A stretch of 64,000 nt of DNA from contig NC_087447.1 in assembly GCF_036321535.1 (NCBI RefSeq), positions 32,180,001 through 32,244,000 on the forward strand. The letters run 5' to 3'. The notes under the pieces are model-generated. The model was not told the DNA's origin and did not search any database. It worked only from the letters and a program-made list of their open reading frames with translations. Source of the DNA: Camelus dromedarius (lineage: Eukaryota). The translations under genes and the position numbers were made by a program. Below, in pieces: positions 11,621 to 25,022 of this stretch; position 1 is the stretch's first letter, and each line of letters begins with the position of its first letter.

Positions 11621-12492
11621 TGGCCAAAAGTTTGACTTAAGTTAAATCAGTCATTCATTCTGTATGTAATTTAGGCATAAGTGTAGTATATGGCTAATCT
11701 ATAATGACTTCCAGGAGAACACAAAAGCTTAAGAAAATGTCAGTTTAACTCTCTCCTGCCATTTGGTTTCAACAAAGACCATAAAAGAAATGGCAGTCTC
11801 CCAACAGAACACAATACGTGAAAAAGTTAAGGGCTGGACTCTTGGGTCTAATGTTCCAACTCTAGGTACCTTCAGAATAATGTCATATGGCTCTTGTCAA
11901 AGTACACAGTGAAATATTTTAATAAGAGAGCAAGTGGATGTTTAAAACTCAACCAACTTGTAGAAGGGTATTTTAATTTTCTGTCATCCACGAGTGCTTC
12001 TAATTAATGCTACTTATATGCAGTTGGCATATTTATGACTTGAGTTTCCTTCTTATATCCACTCATCACATTTTTCCTACCTGTTAGCAGTGCTCAGACA
12101 CATGAGAGCAACTGACTGCAATTCAGTGCAAGCTGAAAAGTTGTCTAAGAAGACATCAATAAAAGAATAATTTTCCAAAACAGCAATTACTCTGCCACAT
12201 TCTTTGAGCTGTTATAAATCTAATTTAGGAAATTCTTTATTAGTTTAGAAAAAATTCTGCTTCCTCCTTAAACGAATTATTTTTGCTTTTTCAAAAATTT
12301 TTTAAAGAAGGGAGTTTTTCAATAATCTGATTCTAGAAGGTAAATGATTATAGATTGTGAATTTAGTAGGAAATAAGTGAACTGATTGTAATAGTATCAA
12401 ACACTGAGTTTTCAATGATTATCCAGGGAAAGCTCATTGCCAATGTAGCTAATTTTGCACCAAAAAAATATATAAAACATATGTAAAAGAAG

Positions 12493-14780
12493 ACTTCCGA
12501 TTTTGGCAACATAATGACTCCAACACAGGCTCTTCTTTTCTTCAAAAACACATAGTAATGCTAGATAGAATTTAACAAAAGTAAGTAAGTAAATAAATCG
12601 TTAAACTCAGATGAAATAATGGAGATCTCAGGTTCCAGAAAATATCGGGGAACTCATAGTGAAAAAGGTAAGCAACTATATTAAACCTGTAATGTCCTGG
12701 GGAAGAGAAAACCCTGATGTAGGTTCTATAACCTACGGTTACAGGGTTTATTCTTACCTAAGAGCAGAAGAACAATGACTTAAAGCCAGAATGGGGATCC
12801 TTCGTAAAAGCCAGGACACATTTAAAGCAGTCTCCTTCATGCTAGTGGGACTGAAAAAAAATCTCAGTCCAGAAAAAGGCAAGGAGGCTTGACTCTGAGT
12901 AGGGAAAAAAAAGTCTCCCATTAGAAACCAAAATTTTGGTTAAAGGAATTTAGGAGAAAGTGTAATGGTTCAGTTACATCTTGTACAAGTTCTTGAATGA
13001 GTGAAGAAAAAGAGTTGAGGGGAACTAATATTCAAACAAATAAGGACTGAAAATATTTCATAACTGGTGAGAAACATGATGTTTATATTGACATATTCTT
13101 ATTATATCAGGATTGAAATGGGCAAATACAAATAAATTCCCACATAGACTTAGTATCATGAAAGGACAGAACACCAAGTTCAAATAAAACATCTTAAAAG
13201 CAACCAAAGAGTAAAATCAGATTATTGTAAAAGGAATGGTAATTAGATTTTTTTTTAGCAGCAAGAATACAAGTCTGAAAAAAATGAAATGATATCCTCA
13301 ATAAAATGAGATATTAAGATGCCCCTGTCAAAACTTTTAAATCAATCCAGCACAAAATCATCAAGGATACAAAAGCTTATCTTTGAAAAGACTTAATAAA
13401 ATAGACAAATCTTTGGCAAGACAGTCGTAGCAGGATAGTAACCGCAGAAATAGAAGAACAACGAGAAGTGGGAAAAGCACATGCTATAAACAGTGACATG
13501 AACTAAAAAGCTCACGTATGTGCTTTTTATTATTTGATATTTATTATATGATAAAATATAATTAAAAATGGATGAATTTGAAAAATTAAGGCAAGTTTTT
13601 AGAAAATTGCTATCAAAATTGACTCCAGAAAGAAATAGTAAATTCACATAGACCTCTAAATTATTAAAGGAACTAAGTCAGTAATCAGAAGCCCACTCAC
13701 AAAAAAATTATCAGGCTCATATGGTTTCAGAGGTGAGTTTTAGAAAAAACTTTCAAATAACTGAAAGCTGTTTTTCTACTGTTACAAAGAAATTAATTGA
13801 AATAAAACAAAATGAAGAAAACGTCAATTCATTTTATAAACTGTGTACCCTTGAAACTAAATCTGAAAAATGTAAGGAAAAAATATATGTCAATATTATA
13901 TATATGATCATGCCTAATTCTACTAAATAAATAGCTATGTCTAAAAAATACATCATTCTTAATGATGAAGCTTTCAAGATCCCTTTAGAGTCAGTAACCA
14001 AAAATGATGGCTGTTTTGCTTCTTCCTCCAAAGTTGTAATGGTAATCCTATCTAGTGCAATAAAACAAAAAAAGAAGAAAGAAACAGGAGGTAAAACAAT
14101 TGGAAAGGGAGAAATGAAATGAATATTCACAGGTGAGATCATCCTTTACATAAAAAAAGTCTGAAAGAAAATTAGAATTCTCTTAGAAATAATGAGGAAA
14201 ATCATCAAGGTGAATGAACAATAAATTAATAGAAAAATCAGTAGCTTTCTCATAAACTAACAATGACTAATAAGACAGAAAGAGATAGATTGATAGATAG
14301 ACATTGCTTCACAATAACCTCAAAACTCTTAGCTTTTTTAAAATAATTATCTTTCAATGTAACACAAATTTTAATGTAGGCAATTATAAACTTTCATCTA
14401 GAGCATAAAATAAGATCAAAATAGGTAAAGTGATAGCCCACGCACATGGATAAAATGATTCAATAATCTAAATATGTAAATTTTTCCTAAATTAGTCTAT
14501 AAGGTCAATGCTATTCCAGTCATAGTCCAATAAAGTTTTTGAAAAATCGATCATATGTTTACAAGGAAAAGCAATAAACTTGGAAAAGTCAAGTTCAGTT
14601 TGAGGCGGGAAGGCAATAAGAATCATTCTACCAGACTAGCAGACATCAAGATGACTTACAGAGCTAGAGTAATTAACACTTTAAACCTGCGTGATATTTT
14701 GACAAGGGAAGATAAAGACATGAAGGTAGTGAAACAGAGAGCACAAAAACAGAATACGCACAAACACGTTTAGACTGAGT
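12493..14780 (+). mobile_element. Ancient, decayed L1 (5' UTR-like start, ORF1 remnant, partial ORF2)
   Basis: A-rich sense strand. ORF1-like cagaacaccaagttcaaataaaacatcttaaaagcaaccaaagag; ORF2-like aataaaatagacaaatctttggcaagac and aaattagtctataaggtcaatgctattccagtc. No intact ORF. Confidence 0.7.
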
Positions 14781-16235
14781 GCTTAAAATCACATGGAAAG
14801 CAAGAAATTTGCTCTTGTCACTTCTGCTCAGCATTGTACTAGACATTTTAGCCAGGGCCAACAATAAGGGGAAAAAAGAAGAAAGGAAGTGGGAAAAGAA
14901 AGGGAGAAGGAAGGAAGAAGGAAATTAAAGCCATCCATATTGGGAATGAAAGGAATATAACTGTCTTTAATGCAGTCAAGATTATCCTATATAGAGAATA
15001 TATTTAGGGATATTTTAAAAAACACATGACCTCATAAATGGGTTCAGCAAGGTTCAGTATATATGATCAATATTCACATATTGTTTGTATTTCTATATAC
15101 TAACAATGAACAACCTAAAAATGAAATTAAAAAACAATTCCATTCACAGTAACATCAAAAAACCCAAAATACGTAGGAATAAGCTTAAAGGAAATGAAAG
15201 GCTTGCACATGAAACCAAGAAACACTGTTGAAAAAAATGAAAGAAGATCTAGATAAATAAAAGGGATTCCATGTTTTTGGACTGAGAGACTCAATATCAC
15301 TAAGAAGAAAATTCTCTAAATTTATCCATAGATTTAACATAACCGCAATTAAAATCCAAGAAAGAATTTTATAGGAATTGACTAACTGGCCAGAAAATTT
15401 TTATGGGAAGGCAGATGGCCCTGAACAGTCATAATAATTTCAAAAACAATGAATAAAGATGTAGGACTAATTCTATTCGATTTCAAAATTCACTACAAAT
15501 CTACAGTAATTATCATTCTAGCATAAAGACAGGCATGTAGATCAATGGAACAGAACTGAGAATATGTCAATTAACCTTCACATTCACAATTGATGTTCAA
15601 CAGAAGCATCACGGCGATTCTGTGGGAGAAATTTCACTGGGACAATTGGATATTTATAAAACAGAATGAATTTAAAACCTTATCTCACATCATACACAAG
15701 TCTTAACTCAAAATAGATCATAGGTCTAAATGTAAGAGCAAAAACTACACAACTTCTAGAAGAATACACAGGTGAACATCACAGGTCAGGCAAAGAATTC
15801 TTAGATAGGAAAATGATGGCAAAAATCCATAAAAAGAAAACATATATATTGGACTTAATCAAAATTTAAACCTTTTATGCTTCAAAACAAACCATTAAAA
15901 AAGGAAAAGAGAATCCATCACAGCACACAGATATTTGTAAATCATATATTGATAAAGGACTTTTGTCTGGACTCTGTAAAGAACTCAATAACATGAAAAC
16001 CCATAACATAATTTAAAATGGCCAAAGGCGTGAGTGGATATTTTACTAAAGAAGATAAATGGTTAATAAGCACATGAATGTATGCTCATTTGTCATTAGG
16101 GAAATGCAAATTAAAACTACAGTATGAATGTGGAGAAAATAGAACTTCCAAATATCACCAATGGGAATGTAAAAGTGTTACAGTCAGTGTGGAAAACAGT
16201 TTGGCGGTTTCTTAAGAAGGTAAACATAAACGTGC

Positions 16236-16595
16236 TGAATTAGTTTGGTAGGGCTGACATACTTATCATACCAGTTCAAGTTTAAGCAGCAGACATTTAT
16301 TTTCTCACAGTTCGAAAGGCTGGAAGACCAAGGTCAAGGCGTGGGCAGGTCTGGTTTCTTCTGACCCCTCTCTCCTTGACTCGCAGATGGCTGCGTTCTT
16401 GCTGTGTCCTCACATGGCTTTTCCTCCGTGCACGTGCATCCTTGATGCCTCTTCCTCTTCTTGTAAGGACACCAATCATATTGGGTTAGTGCCCCATCCT
16501 TATCGCCTCATTTCACCATATTTACTTTTTGAAAAGCCCTATCTCCAAATATTGTCACTTACAAGTTTGGAGGGCACACAACTCAGTCCATAATG
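16236..16595 (-). mobile_element. MaLR solo LTR (MLT1A/B-like) inside L1
   Basis: agacatttattttctcacagttcgaaaggctggaagaccaaggtcaagg...taaggacaccaatcatattggg...cacaactcagtccataa; L1 sequence resumes on both sides. Confidence 0.85.
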
Positions 16596-16860
16596 TTTAC
16601 CATCCAGTCTTCAATTCCACCCCTTCTAATCTACCAAAAAGAAATGAAAATATATGCTTACTTGTGCGTGAATGTTTATAGCGGTGTCATTCATAGCGGC
16701 CATAAACATGAAATAATTCTCACATCCATGAACTGGTGAACGGATGAACAACATGCAGTCTATGCATTCAGTGGAATAATGTTTAGCAATAAAACAGGAA
16801 CAAGCTGCTGACCCTGCCACAACATAGACGGACCTCAAAAACATTATGCTTAGTTAAGGC

Positions 16861-16980
16861 AGCCATTATTTTGTAATAACTTTCAATGAAGTGTCATCTA
16901 TAAAAACACTGAATCACCATGTGGTATACCTGAAACTAACATAATATTGTCAGTCAGCTATAGTTCAACTGAAAAAAAAG
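16861..16980 (+). mobile_element. Short L1MA9-like 3' end inserted in the older L1
   Basis: agccattattttgtaataact...tacctgaaactaacataatattgt...aaaaaaa closely matches 10763-10865. Flanks aaggcagcca / aagcagcca behave like a TSD. Confidence 0.8.
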
Positions 16981-18399
16981 CAGCCAGACACAAAAAACTA
17001 CATTTTGTATGGTTACGTTTAGATGAAATATCCAGAAAAGTCAGAGCTATAGAGAAAAAAAAAAAAAATCAGTGATTGCCTGAGGCTGAGTGTGGAACCA
17101 GGGATTAAACTACAAAGGTGCACAAGGGAGGGGACTTTTGGGAATGACAGAAATGTTTTAAAACTTGATGATGGTGATGCTTGCACAACTCTATACATGT
17201 ACGGACGACATCCGATTGTGTACTTATAATGAGCGAATTTTATATTATATAAATTACACCTCAATAAAGCTATGGGGGGAAACATTTAAGGAAAGAAACA
17301 GAGGAGGGATTTGTGATAGAGCTGACCCATGGAATTCCACCACTTCCTCCTCCCTCAGATGTCACATTCCTTTATGGAAATGACATGCTTATTATCCAAG
17401 TGTTTACAGTCACTAAAAAAAATACTTTGAAATGAGCTGTTGATGACGGGACATCAGTTTTCAGGAGAAGTCAAACGTGGTCAGAGGTGACTGTTGTGGA
17501 AGCATTTGTTATTTGGAAGCATTTTTCAGCACTGGTTTTGATTCAGGATCACGAAACGAATTTCTTTTGAAACTTTAAAAGGATATTGTTAAGCATTGCT
17601 TTCCCCTCCAAAGGCCAATTAGAAGGGAAATACAACACACAGCTCTCATTTTTTATTAAACATCAAGGCTGCACTAGAAATCATACCATAGGTAAGATGT
17701 CAATTAGCTTTAAATTGCATGTTGATGATTGCATTCATTTATGAACTTTTCTTCCAGGCTTTTTCCCTTCTGGGAAAAACAATAAGCAATGGTCTGTTCT
17801 TTGTTCTTTGACGGATATTCTCATTTCAATGAGAATTTTTTCAGGCAACTGTGGAAATGTTAATGTCACAAAGATGCTTTCTCAAAGCCCAAAGTCTTCA
17901 CAATCCTTTTGGACCTGGCCCTGCTCCCCAGGCCGAAAGTCATTTCCAGATTTATGCTAGGAACACTTAATTGTACTTTTTGATTTATATTGTGCCACAT
18001 AAATTTCATATAATTTGGATATACTTTTGCATCTAAAGCCAGTTGGTGTCTTAGGCCAAACCCTGAGCTGAATTAACTTGCCATGAACTCCGTGACAACA
18101 GAGTTATATCAAACCACAACACCAGTGCCGAGTTTGCAAAATCAAAGTAAGGCATGAAGTAAGAATGCCCTTCTGTGTTGACTAATGAGGCATTGTTTTC
18201 TAAAGTCAAAACCTCCTAGGAAACAGACATTTTTAATCATTTCATTTTTATACTCTAGGTTTCCAAGTTCAAATTATAATTGCCACAGGACAACCAGAGG
18301 AATCAGAACTTTTTCTTTTTTAATGTCTCTAAATTGCAAGGGAAAAATTCAGATGCCAAGTAATAGAGAAATAACATAAAAAAAAACTCTGTATGAAAT

Positions 18400-18590
18400 T
18401 GCATAGTATAACTTAAGTAGACTGAACTTGGACCTAGATTGATCTGGGTTTGGTTTCCGTGTTGCTTCTCATCTATCTGTCACCTTAAGTAAATCACTTC
18501 AATCTCTAATCTTAGTTTCTTTATTGGTAGAAAAATGTAAGAATACTTACTTCTCAGGATTGCTGTGAGGACTGAATAAAATATTGTAGG
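18400..18590 (+). mobile_element. MIR SINE
   Basis: gatctgggtttggtttcc...ctgtcaccttaagtaaatcacttcaatctctaatcttagtttc...tgctgtgaggactgaataaaat. Confidence 0.7.
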
Positions 18591-18904
18591 GAGTTCTTCA
18601 CTTGAGGTATTTGAACTGCCTTCAAGCTGATTGTGAAATCCCTAAAACTGCAAAAGCACTTTCCCATATAGAGTGTTAATAGTTTTCATCTGTTCTCTGT
18701 GCTCAACAATCCCTGAGATGGCATACATAGGTGTTTGGTAAATATAAGTTTCATGATAATTTTCAGAAGATGTTTATGATGTCAGTAATCTTTTCCCTTC
18801 TCCTTTCTGGAACAAACGATTAGATTAAAATTGCAAACAGAGTAAGATTCCATTTGGAAGCATCTTTCATACCATTTGTATAGATACACTCAACAGACAA
18901 CGAG

Positions 18905-19110
18905 AGGCACAACTTGGTGGTCCAGAACGTGACCTGAGGACCTAGATCTGGCTCCCCAGCTCACTGCTTTTGACCTTGGACCAGACCCCTAACTCATGTG
19001 CTTCAGTTGCCTCCTCTGTAAAATGAGGACAATAATAAATAGCCAGTTCATAGGTTTATTCTGAGCAAGACTGTGGAAAGTGTTCAGGCCAGTGCCTGTT
19101 TCATGGTGAA
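18905..19110 (+). mobile_element. MIR SINE
   Basis: tgaccttggaccag...tgtgcttcagttgcctcctctgtaaaatgaggacaataata. Confidence 0.75.
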
Positions 19111-19444
19111 CAAAGAGGACAGAGAAATAAATGATCTGAGCCCAACCCTCACGGAAATAAGTGGAACAGAGACTATTTAAATGGTTCAGCCCAGGGGCTC
19201 CCCAACTCCCATTACTACTTGCTATACTGGCCACTGGTCTTTTTGCTACAGTGGAAATGAGAGATATCTTGACCTAAAAAACATATTTTTATTTGCCTAA
19301 AAGATAATGTTATAGCCCCTACATAAGCAGCTTCTGCTCACATAGCCTTTTTTTGGCTCACAAACTTTTGTATAATCTTATTAATCTTTGAGCATGTTAG
19401 CAGTTATTAGAATAATTGCATACAGAATCAGCTCTATGTAGGTG

Positions 19445-19680
19445 AAAATAATAGCAATAATATTAACTATTAACATTATTTAATGATTACCATTTGTCAG
19501 ACTTATGTAAGAAAATTTACGTACATGAATTTGCTTAATCCTTGGGGCAGCTCTTTGAGATAGACATTCTTATCCCCTTTTACAGATGAAGAAACTGAGC
19601 TAAGCTAGGTTAAGTCACTTCCTCACAGGGCAAGGATTATTTACTGGATCTGAGGTTCAAATTCAAGTTGATCTCTTCAT
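19445..19680 (-). mobile_element. MIR SINE
   Basis: ttatccccttttacagatgaagaaactgagctaagctaggttaagtcactt antisense core. Confidence 0.8.
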
Positions 19681-19844
19681 TACTCAAGGTAGTAGTTTTA
19701 TTTTAGGTTTTATAATTTAAGGTATATCTTACAAAGGCTATTTATAGAGTACTGCCTTTGAAAATTCTGTCATTTTTTAATGCCTTCTTGTTAAAAGTAA
19801 CATATTAAATCACTAGCAAGATGTATTAGAGTCTGCAAAGAAGA

Positions 19845-19851
19845 ATACACA

Positions 19852-19887
<36 letters not shown>
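19845..19887. repeat. (CA)n microsatellite
   Basis: Near-perfect CA run of about 21 units. Confidence 0.95.
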
Positions 19888-19888
<1 letters not shown>

Positions 19889-19892
<4 letters not shown>

Positions 19893-20684
19893 GTCCCCTT
19901 CTTTATCCATGGGGGATATTTTCCAAGACCCTAAATGGATGCCAGAAATCTCGGATAGTACCAAACCCTATATATACTATGATTTATTTCTACTCATACA
20001 TACCTCTGGTAAATCTTAATTTATAATAAGCACAGTAAGATATTAACAACTAATAAATATAACTAATAATAAAACAGAAAAATTATAACAATATGTTGTA
20101 TTAAAAATATCCTATTGTACAAATTTAATGCCTTTTCCACCTTAACTAAGGACTCACCACACATTTAAGCTGTAACTTTTGCAGTCTGAGGTCTGACAGC
20201 AAAACTAGCATGACTTTCATTTTTCTTCATATTCGATGGATAGAAGATTTGTTCTTACTGCAGATCATAGCAACCTCAGCACACGTTTTTATTCTTTCCT
20301 AATTAAGTCAAGAACTTTTACCTTTTCACTTAAAGGAAGCACTTCACGGCTTCTCTTTGGCACATCTGAATTGCCAGCATCACTGCTCTGGTGCTTTGGG
20401 GCTATTATGAAGTAAAAATAAAGGTTCCTTGAACATAAGCACTGTGATACTGTGACAGTCGATCTGATAACCAAGACGGCTACCAAGTGCCTGTCCAGGG
20501 GACAAAGGGGTGATTCAAGTTCAGGGCGAGATGGAGTGGGATTTCATCTCGCTGCTCAGAACAAGGTATAATTTAAAACCTGTGAGTTGTTTATTACTAG
20601 AATTTTCCACTTATGATTTTCATACCAAGGTTGGCCATGGGTAACTGAAACCACCTGCAAAATTGCAGACAAGGGGAGACTACA
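19889..20684 (-). mobile_element. MER44 (Tigger7-derived) DNA transposon
   Basis: TIR-like ends agtagtcccctt...atcc / gacaaggggagactac. Minus ORF 20289-20486 contains APKHQSSDAGNSDVPKRSREVLPLSEKVKVLDLIRKE, the decayed Tigger7 transposase N-terminus. Confidence 0.9.
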
Positions 20685-21659
20685 TATATATGAGTGTATG
20701 TGTTTATATGTATGTGTGTGTATATATATAAAGAGATTTATTATAAGAAACTGGATCACACAGTTATGGAAACTGGCAAGTCCCACAACCTGTCATTTGC
20801 AGGCCCAGGAGAGCCAGTGGTATGGTCACGTCTGAAGGCCTGAGAACCAGGCTAGCCAGTGGTGTAAGTTCCAGTCTGAGTGCAGGAGAAGAGTAATGTC
20901 TCAACTTGAACACAGTCAGGTAGAGAGGGAGATGAGTCTCCCTTATTCCTCCCTCTGGTTCTGGTCAGGCTTCCCAAGGACTGGATCAGCCCCACCTTCC
21001 CTGGGGAGGGCCATTTGCTATAGGTCTGCTGGTTCAAATGTTATTCTCAACCAGAAACCCCCTCACAGACACACCCAGATTAATGTTTGACCAGATATCT
21101 GGACACTTGACATCCCAGTTAAATGGACACATGAAATTCACCATCACACAACATAGTGTGAAATCACTGTCCCTAGAGGTAAGGTACATATTCTTAACAT
21201 AATTTAGTAGTTATTAGTGAAATATTTTATTCCCAATATTTTGCCTCGCAGAATTCATATCCCCTTTGTTAAACTCTTCCATGCAGACTAAAGCTTGTTG
21301 ATATCCAGTACTTCCATTTGTTTTTCCTACTGTTTCCTCCTCTTTTAATTCCCAGTTCTTCCCCTCATAGAGTTTTACTTAGGTCATTTTGGTCTAATGG
21401 GTTATTCGATCTGCTTTCTAAAGTTGCATTAATATTTACCTATGGCTTCTCAGGGTTCTTGAAAATTGTTGAGCAATTTTCTTAAAAATTTTAATAAAGA
21501 AACTCTCAAAAAGCACAGTGTTTACAATTTCATGCATTGAATTAATTTCAAAGTTAGTAACACACTGTAGAATTTTTAAGCTTATTTTCAATAAGATTAA
21601 GTAAATAAATACTCAGAAACACAATTCTCACAGCAGTGACTATATACCTGTTAACCTTT

Positions 21660-21733
21660 ATATATTGAATCATATGAAATTTTCAAGATTTGCCTGTTTG
21701 CGCATAAAACATTGACACTGGGTTCAACATGAT
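21660..21733. mobile_element. Possible MADE2-like mariner MITE
   Basis: About 75 bp with decayed inverted ends atattgaatcatatgaaatt ... ggttcaacatgata. Confidence 0.4.
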
Positions 21734-21864
21734 AGATTTAGGCTTGTTTTTCCGTGTCTTTGCTCTTACTAATACTTTGTATAAAGTATTTTCTTTTCAG
21801 GATCTTTTCATAGTTGACTTTATTATCCATTGAGTTCTTAGCTCAAATTTGGCTTCTTTTTCTA

Positions 21865-22005
21865 AAAAAATTATTTTCGTCTTTTTTGTGGGGGAGGGGT
21901 AGGTAATTAGATTTATTTATGTGTTTTAATGGAGGTACTGGGGATTGAACCCAGGTCCTTGTGCACACTAAATACACACTCTACCACTGAGCTGTATCTT
22001 CCTCC
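21865..22005 (-). mobile_element. Camelid tRNA-derived SINE (Vic-1-like) inside an L2 remnant
   Basis: ggaggtactggggattgaacccaggtccttgtgcacactaaatacacactctaccactgagctgtatcttcc is the antisense head with Pol III A/B boxes; T-rich tail on the left. Confidence 0.85.
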
Positions 22006-23199
22006 TAGATTTTGCTTTTTTACTGAGGTCTTTCTAGACCTTCTAACATAAAAGAGCCAAGCCTCACCTCCAGTGAAATTCAGACTTCATCTGTTTACTT
22101 CTTTACACTCACTGGTGTCTAAATGGCTAATTTGTTTTCTTATTAAAACTTGCCCTCTGTAAAATGAAAGCACTTAGTCATAAACATTGAATGAATAAAT
22201 GAACTAATGGATTAATTCTTACACTTTGGTTGCCTGAAAAGACCACATGAAAACCCTTTGGGATACATTCCAAATATTTTATTGCCTAAAATGAGTTTTT
22301 AAAACTTTCCTTCTGCGATAGGAGGGAAAAAAAGAGGTGAAAACCCCCAGGTCCCTAAGATAAAGAGGCACTTAGGCATAGAACTGTGGTGAGGGGTGCC
22401 AGAGAGATGGGGGGGGGACGACAGAGGCTAATGCTGTTGGGAGAGAATTCTCCATGGGCTGCTCTTATTTACCCTCTGCTTGCAAGCAGAGGCACTGACA
22501 GCCCTAGTTCCACACATTCTTTTCAAGGATGTCTGTATAGCAGAAGGCCTTGGAAGACAGAAATAGAGTCTCCATTCAGAGCAACAGGCAGGCTTAATAA
22601 CTGTCCAGGATACTAAAGGTGCCGTCTCCTTAATGGGCAAAGGTCCCAGAAAAATCTAGGTGCTGAGTCAATATCTGGATAAGGAATCTGGTTCTGCCAC
22701 ATAATAGCAAGATATTTTACCCTTTGAGTTTCAGACTTCTGAGTCTGTCCAATCATTTTTAACAAAGTATGCCTGAAGTACAGTTCTTCAGGACTAAACA
22801 AGATGACATAATGACTTGTACCATGACACGGCACACCTTAGGCCCTCACTCCACCGATTTCCTCTCTTTACTTCACCTTCTACTCTGCATGCCATCCTAC
22901 ATTGCTCAAGCTGCCTTTAGAAAATAAAAATGCCCACCTTTCCTTGGAAGATCTCAACCCACCTCAAATTGTAAAGAAACTGGTATTCATGGAAGTCATA
23001 CAAATATAATGTGCCTAAACATTTCTGGACAAAAATAAAACCAAACATAAACCCAGAGTAGAGATTACAGAAGCCAAAATCATCGTAGTCAAACTCCTCT
23101 ATCATGAGGTCTGCCACTCAGGTATCTTCTCTGCCTTATCAATTATATACAGAGCACTCACCCAGTGGGTTATTTTGAGGAGGGAGGAAAAGAGGGGAT

Positions 23200-25022
23200 A
23201 TGTCAGTGTGAAATGAGTTCAGCTGCAAATAATAGAAAACCCAATAAGCAGTGGCTTTAATAAGTAGGGGATGTATTTAGCTCATGCAAAAGGAAACCCA
23301 AGGCCAGTTTGTTGCAATGTAATGATGCCATCTAAGATTTTTTCAATCTGCCACCCTTGACGTGAAAGCTTTCAGCCTCAAGCTTGTCCCTTCTCTCTGA
23401 CAGCAGATGAACTATGTGAACTGTACCCATTCAATTCTCTGGTAATCTGAACTCTCTTCAAAGTTCTTTCAAATTTCCTTAATAGCACTTATCCACCAAA
23501 TATCTCAGGTTCTGTTGGTAATCAGCCTCAGATTCTGCCCAATTGGGCTGCATTTCAGTCCCAGAGCACTGAATGCTGCCACCAGTCTTTTGCAGATTTT
23601 TCTCTGTCAGAAGGGCCTTGGTAAGTCTTGGGTGACTTTTCTGATGGCCCACTATGGGGCAAGAATCAGGCACTCGGCTCTTTCCTGTTCACTTGCCTTT
23701 CCTGGTAGAATGCTCATTACATTATTTTACTCCACTGACTAATATGTTTATTATGCTGAAATTCAACAAAAATTTTTCAACTTATCACATCTTGGACCAC
23801 AATGCCTTTCCTTTATTTATTTTTAATTTCTATACAATTTTTAAAGGTTACTTTCCATTTACATTATAAAATATTGGCTATATTCCTCATGTTGTACCAT
23901 ATATCCTTGAGTCTATCTTACATTCACTATTTTGGATCCCCTACCCCTGTATTGGTCCTCTCCACTCCTTACACTGGTAACCACTATTTGCTCTCTGTAT
24001 CTGTGAGTCTGCTTCTTTTTGTTACATTCACTAGTCTGTTGTAGTTTTTTTAGATTCTATATATAAGTGATATCATACAGTATTTTTCCTTCTCTATCTG
24101 ATTTATTTCACTTGGCATGATGCCCTCCAAGTCCATCCATGTTGCTGCCAATGGCAAAATTTCATTCTTTTGTATGACTGAGAAGTATTCCATTGTATAT
24201 ATGTACCACATCTTCTTTATCCATTCATCTGTCGATGGTCACTTAGGTTGCTTCTGTTTGTATCTTGGCAACTGTAAATAAAACTGCTGTAAACATTGGG
24301 ATGCATGTATCTTTTCAAATTAGTACTTTTTTTTCAGGTATGTACCGAGGAATGGAATTGCTGGGTCATAGGGTAGTTCTACTTTTAGTTTTTTGAAAAA
24401 CCTCCATACTTCACAACCCCCCCCCTTTTTTTTTTCTCAGAGAACACCAAGAATAGTTCACCCCATTCAAGAATAACAGTTACTTTGGAAGGAATGGCAT
24501 GTGATCCCCTCCCTCTGTGGCACTGTCACCACTGGGTAGGAATATGTCAGCCCTGAAAGCTGGGGCCACTGGCAGGGCGTGGGTAAGAGGAGAAGCACGG
24601 TGAGAGTATTTCCCTCAGCCTCAAAACTGGGCAAGTACTTACACATCAAAAGATAGCATTCTTTTTTAAAAGACAGGAATGTTCTGTCTAAGCAGTCAGG
24701 GTAGCTGAATCGGCTTCACACAGAATTAGGAATCTAAGTCTTTCTTTCTGTGCAACCATCACAACTCATTTCTCTTGCTTCATAGTTACTAAATGGCTGT
24801 TGATTTTCTTGGCCACCATTTAGGAGGATTGAGAAGAAGCATCTTTCCTAGAAATCCCCAGCCAACTGCCAACTCTATCTCTTTGGTAAGAACAGTGTCA
24901 CCTCGTCACCACTAGATACAAGATATTCTAGGGAATAGAATATTTAGTAGCAAAACTTGACTTTTGTTAATAAAGAAGGAAAGAATGGAAATTGGATAGA
25001 TAATTAGCAACATCTACCATGT
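23200..25022 (-). mobile_element. Old MaLR LTR (MLT1J/K-like) fragments at ~23200-23400 and ~24740-25022
   Basis: gagttcagctgcaaataatagaaaacccaataagcagtggctttaa and aagaaggaaagaatggaaattggatagataattagcaacatctaccat resemble the two ends of an antisense old MLT1. Whether they are one element is uncertain. Confidence 0.5.
23812..24410 (-). mobile_element. Truncated L1 (end of ORF2 plus 3' UTR)
   Basis: tttttaaaggttactttccattt...ccacatcttctttatccattcatctgtcgatggtcacttaggttgc...ggaattgctgggtcatagggtagttctacttttagttttttgaaaaacctccatact. Confidence 0.9.

Larger units (their letters stand above)
14800..17271 (+). mobile_element. Second L1 (L1MB/L1ME-like), ORF2 3' part plus 3' UTR, with two nested insertions
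   Basis: ORF2 motifs (agcattgtactagacattttagccagggc; gtagatcaatggaacagaactgaga; tcattagggaaatgcaaattaaaactaca) and the terminal aaattacacctcaataaagct. Confidence 0.85.
19822..21148 (-). mobile_element. ERVL solo LTR (MLT2-like) split by MER44
   Basis: Begins tgtattag and ends aattcaccatcaca; internal gagatttattataagaaactggatcacacagttatgga. 5-bp TSD-like flanks caaga (19817-19821) / caaca (21149-21153). Confidence 0.85.

Noticed and set aside
20289..20486. Transposase-like ORF as a domesticated TIGD-type gene
   Set aside because: Only the decayed N-terminal ~40 codons inside a non-autonomous MER44; the start Met is lost and a stop follows.
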